Source: Cyanobium gracile UHCC 0139 | GTDB lineage: Bacteria > Cyanobacteriota > Cyanobacteriia > PCC-6307 > Cyanobiaceae | Reading direction: 5' to 3' | Assembly (NCBI RefSeq): GCF_034931325.1 | Contig: NZ_JAYGHX010000012.1 | Location: 49,061 to 73,060, forward strand | DNA: 24,000 nucleotides | Shown here: in pieces, positions 21,211-24,000 of the stretch | Position numbering within the stretch: the first letter of the stretch is position 1 | How the letters are laid out: each line of letters starts with the position of its first letter | Program-made: the position numbers and the translations under genes | Notes under the pieces: model-generated | Database searches by the model: none | The model's input: only the letters and a program-made list of their open reading frames with translations | Told to the model about the DNA's origin: nothing

Positions 21211-23022
21211 CTGGTCGTCGGGTTCACAGTTGCTCCGGAACGCCAGGCAGGTGGGCAGGGGCAGGTTGCGATCGCTGCGGTCACTGGCGCTGCGGGCCAT
21301 GATCCCCTCCAGCACCTTCACGGTGGTCGTGATGTTGGGTCCCTTGTTGAGCATCACCGCATCGGCCCGGGCCCCCATCGCCGCATCGGTGATTTCGGCG
21401 CGCGTGGGATGGCCGTGCTGGGCCAGGGTGTCGAGCACCTCGGTGGCCCAGATGCAGGGCACATGCGCCGCCGCGCAGATCCGCAGGATCTCCTCCTGAA
21501 TCGGCGCCAGGGCCTCCCAGCCGCACTCGATCGCCAGATCGCCCCGGGCGATCATCACGCCCACCGGGGCGCCGTGGGCCATGGCCGCAAGCAGCAGCCG
21601 GGGCAGGTTCAGGAAGGCCTGGCGGGTTTCGATCTTGAGCACCACCGCCAGATCGCCCCGGTCCATCTCCTCCAGGCAGTGGCGCAGGGTCTGGATGTCG
21701 GACTCCCGGTGCACGAAGGAATAGCTGATCATGTCGGCGTGCTGCGTCACGAACGCCAGGTCCTCGATGTCCTTGGCGGTGAGGGCCGGCGTGCGCAGTT
21801 CACTGTCGGGGACATTGATCCCCTTGTCGGAGCGAAGCCGGCTGCCCCCGGCCTGCGCCGTGGTGACCTCCACCACCACCTCCTGGGAGGACACCCCACG
21901 GATCACGGCACCGATACGACCATCGTCGAAGAGCACCCGTTCGCCGAGGCCAAGATCGCCGAAGACCTCCGGCAGGGTGCAGGGGAGCGTGGCGCCGCCC
22001 TGGTCCGGCTCCGGTGTCAGGCGGAGGACGTCGCCCGGACGCAGCAGCCGTTCGCCGCTCACCGGCGCCAGCGGGCCGATACGCAGCCGGGCTTTGCCGT
22101 GCCGTTGGCGGAACACCAGGCCGGACGTGAAGTGGCAAGTCTTTTCGGCCTGCAGCAGCAGAACCCCATCGGGGCCGCGTCGAACCACCCGGAGGGTGCG
22201 CCGGCGGCCGGAGGCATCCCGCCCCTGCAGGCGATTCCCCCGCTTCAGCCGCTTCGCCCTCGACAGTCGCGCCGGCAGCCGCACGGCCTGCGTCTCCTGC
22301 GGCCGGGGCAAGGCCCCAGGCGGCACCACCAGGATCCGCACCGGCTGGGTGGGCCGCCCCATCCGGTCGCGGGGGGGACGGGCGCGGATCACCGCGGGCT
22401 GGGGGGCCAGCTGGCCGGTGCGCAGTTTCGGGCCCGCCAGGTCCATGGCGATCGCACAGGGACGGCCCGTGATCACCCGGGCCTGGCTGAGCGCGTCCAC
22501 CATCCGGCCCCAGACCTCGGGGTCGTCATGGGCGCAATTGATGCGGGCGATGGTCATCCCCGCCTCCAGCAGATCCGCCACCAGAGCGGGGCGCTCGGCG
22601 GCCTCCGCCGGCAGCGTGACCATGATTCCGGCGACCCCCGCGGCGGCCAAGGCGCCGAACAACCGGTCGCAATGCTGCTCCAGCGCGTCGGGACCGCCCA
22701 GCTGGATCCGGCCCCCCGCCGAGGGGCCCAGACCTTCGATCGCTTCCAGGGCGGTGATCACCGCCTCCAGACTGGCCAGCAGGTGGGCGTCACAATCGGC
22801 AAGGGAACACAGACCCCGTTGCCGCAGCGCCTTCGGCAGACCGGGGTGGGCATGGCGGTGGAAGGCAATGAAATGCAGCAGGTTGCGGGCACTGTCCCGG
22901 TAGTCGGGGTGAATGGCCTCCAGGCAGGCGACCTCCTCCACCTCGATGCGCTTCAGGGTGGCCCTGAGGGCCCGCAGGGTGTCAAGCAACCAGAGGGCCG
23001 GGGCAGGAGCGGGATCCTTCAC
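21202..23022 (-). CDS. pyk: Pyruvate-kinase-family protein, atypical long form (N-terminal extension, enlarged B domain, no C-terminal allosteric domain)
   Basis: 606 aa, GTG start. PK core motifs: GMTIARINCAHD, AMDLAGPKLRTG, LKIETRQAF, VMIARGDLAIECG, ATEVLDTL..HGHPTRAEITDAA, DAVMLN. About 135 residues precede the core (NLLHFIAFHRH...GLCSLADCDAHLL). Confidence 0.8.
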   Translation of the reverse strand: MKDPAPAPALWLLDTLRALRATLKRIEVEEVACLEAIHPDYRDSARNLLHFIAFHRHAHPGLPKALRQRGLCSLADCDAHLLASLEAVITALEAIEGLGPSAGGRIQLGGPDALEQHCDRLFGALAAAGVAGIMVTLPAEAAERPALVADLLEAGMTIARINCAHDDPEVWGRMVDALSQARVITGRPCAIAMDLAGPKLRTGQLAPQPAVIRARPPRDRMGRPTQPVRILVVPPGALPRPQETQAVRLPARLSRAKRLKRGNRLQGRDASGRRRTLRVVRRGPDGVLLLQAEKTCHFTSGLVFRQRHGKARLRIGPLAPVSGERLLRPGDVLRLTPEPDQGGATLPCTLPEVFGDLGLGERVLFDDGRIGAVIRGVSSQEVVVEVTTAQAGGSRLRSDKGINVPDSELRTPALTAKDIEDLAFVTQHADMISYSFVHRESDIQTLRHCLEEMDRGDLAVVLKIETRQAFLNLPRLLLAAMAHGAPVGVMIARGDLAIECGWEALAPIQEEILRICAAAHVPCIWATEVLDTLAQHGHPTRAEITDAAMGARADAVMLNKGPNITTTVKVLEGIMARSASDRSDRNLPLPTCLAFRSNCEPDDQLP

Positions 23023-24000
23023 GGCCGCAGGCCCTCGCTGGCTGCAGCTTCAGCCACGGCAACGGCTTCCACCGTGCAGTGGAGGCCCTGGCGACGCAGG
23101 TCCTCCGCCAGCTGTTCAGCCAGCTCGCGGTCGAGGGCCGGGGTGAGGTGCTCCTTTCCATCGAGCAGGGGATCCATCGCCCCCGGCGCGCCGCCCAGAT
23201 GCCTGGCCAGGGACTGCAGGGCCTCGAAACGGCCTTCTTCCCTGGGCGCACCCTGCAGGCGCAGGCGCCACCCGGGCGGCACGGGGCAGCCCAGCTCGAC
23301 CCGCCGCAGCTGAGCCAGGGTGGCCAGCACCACCAGTTGATCCCCCGCCGCCAGGACCAGATCGAGAGAGGGCAACACCAGGGGGGAACGGCGTCCTGGA
23401 CGCAGCAGATGGATGGTGGTGACGCCGTAGCCCTGCTCCACCCGGGAGAGGTTCAGCCCCCACAGTGCATCGCCCTGCTGGATCCGGTACCGCACCAGCA
23501 AGTGGTTGGCCCCATCGATGCGGCAGATCTCCTCCACCCGTTCGCCGAAGGCCGTGGCCACCACGGCATCGGCCACCAGGTCCATGCTGGAGATCACCGC
23601 CATGCCGCCAAGCAGATCGCCGAGTTGTTCGGCCGCCTCAACGGCATGGGAGAGGATCACGTAACGGGCCTCAGGCCAGGCCTTCTGCAGTTGGAAGGTC
23701 TCCTGAAGATTGGCCAGCAGATCCACCGAGAGCAGGCCGATCCCCTCCAGCCGGCAGGGCCGCAGCGCGGCGAGGGCCGCCTCCCAGCGCGGGACGACCA
23801 CCATCCCCGGCCGCTGCAGCACCGGCCCGGGTCGCGGATCGATCCGCAGCACCTGCAGGCCATCCCTGACCAGATTCCCGGCCACCCGCTCGGCCAGCTC
23901 CTCCCCTTCCGCCAGCAGGATCCAGCGACTCCCCCGGCGGAAGCGTCCGGGACGGCCCAGGCCGAAACTCTCCCGCAACAGGCGCTCCAGGATCACCGCC
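23019..24000 (-). CDS. RCK/TrkA-C-domain protein (putative K+ channel/transporter regulatory module), partial; continues beyond the right edge
   Basis: The open frame reaches the window edge. The segment ICRIDGANHLLVRYRIQQGDALWGLNLSRVEQGYGVTTIHLLRPGRRSPLVLPSLDLVLAAGDQLVVLATLAQLRRVE has the TrkA-C/RCK-C pattern. The stop TGA overlaps the GTG start of the PK-family gene (GTGA). Confidence 0.6.
   Translation of the reverse strand, partial: AVILERLLRESFGLGRPGRFRRGSRWILLAEGEELAERVAGNLVRDGLQVLRIDPRPGPVLQRPGMVVVPRWEAALAALRPCRLEGIGLLSVDLLANLQETFQLQKAWPEARYVILSHAVEAAEQLGDLLGGMAVISSMDLVADAVVATAFGERVEEICRIDGANHLLVRYRIQQGDALWGLNLSRVEQGYGVTTIHLLRPGRRSPLVLPSLDLVLAAGDQLVVLATLAQLRRVELGCPVPPGWRLRLQGAPREEGRFEALQSLARHLGGAPGAMDPLLDGKEHLTPALDRELAEQLAEDLRRQGLHCTVEAVAVAEAAASEGLRP

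Noticed and set aside
585-22455. GCGATCGC (HIP1-type) octamers at 585, 902, 9670, 21268 and 22448
   Set aside because: The octamers are real and are modestly more frequent than my rough compositional expectation of about one. This supports a cyanobacterial origin. All lie inside genes, and five sites are too few to call a feature of interest.
21409-23313. 634-aa plus-strand ORF, and the 390-aa ORF at 21731-22903
   Set aside because: Both are antisense to the pyruvate-kinase-family gene, whose catalytic motifs identify the true frame. They are Gly/Arg/Pro-rich shadow ORFs.

Overview
High-G+C segment (roughly two-thirds G+C by eye). The gene content points to a picocyanobacterium of the Cyanobium / Synechococcus cluster-5 type: AcsF, a Ycf54-like protein, heme oxygenase, plant-type ferredoxin, an ADO-family protein, SphX/PhoR/PhoB-type phosphate genes, a pentapeptide-repeat protein and several GCGATCGC octamers. 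I call 29 protein-coding genes. I recognise no rRNA, tRNA, CRISPR array, transposase, integrase or phage genes. Most long ORFs in the six-frame track are Pro/Gly/Arg/Ala-rich shadow ORFs antisense to real genes, and I ignored them. Layout: (1) 1-1570: amt 3' end (apparently frameshifted), an amt-linked P-II protein, and an SDR. (2) 1577-7767: a tetrapyrrole island of the kind known to be low-oxygen induced in other cyanobacteria. It comprises ho-hemN (minus strand), ycf54-like and ldh (plus strand), acsF plus an ADO-family di-iron protein (minus strand), and a divergent ArsR regulator. Its two divergent intergenic regions are the main AT-rich spots in this part of the window and share sequence words in the same order. 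(3) 7745-11613: pentapeptide-repeat protein coupled to gor, then petF, an orphan gene and cysK. (4) 11749-13677: a four-gene, ATGA-coupled exbB-exbD-exbD-(TonB-architecture) module. (5) 13684-19507: a consolidated phosphate-stress block on the minus strand (sphX, CHAD, CRP/PtrA-like, phoB, phoR, aminotransferase). (6) 19633-24000: corA, a small orphan gene, an atypical long pyruvate-kinase-family gene, and an RCK-domain gene whose stop overlaps the kinase start. The best candidate for something undescribed is the tetrapyrrole island, which carries its own Ycf54-like paralog and an ADO-family di-iron protein apparently co-transcribed with acsF and with no acyl-ACP reductase nearby. All family assignments come from reading the translations and recalling motifs. 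No database search was run.
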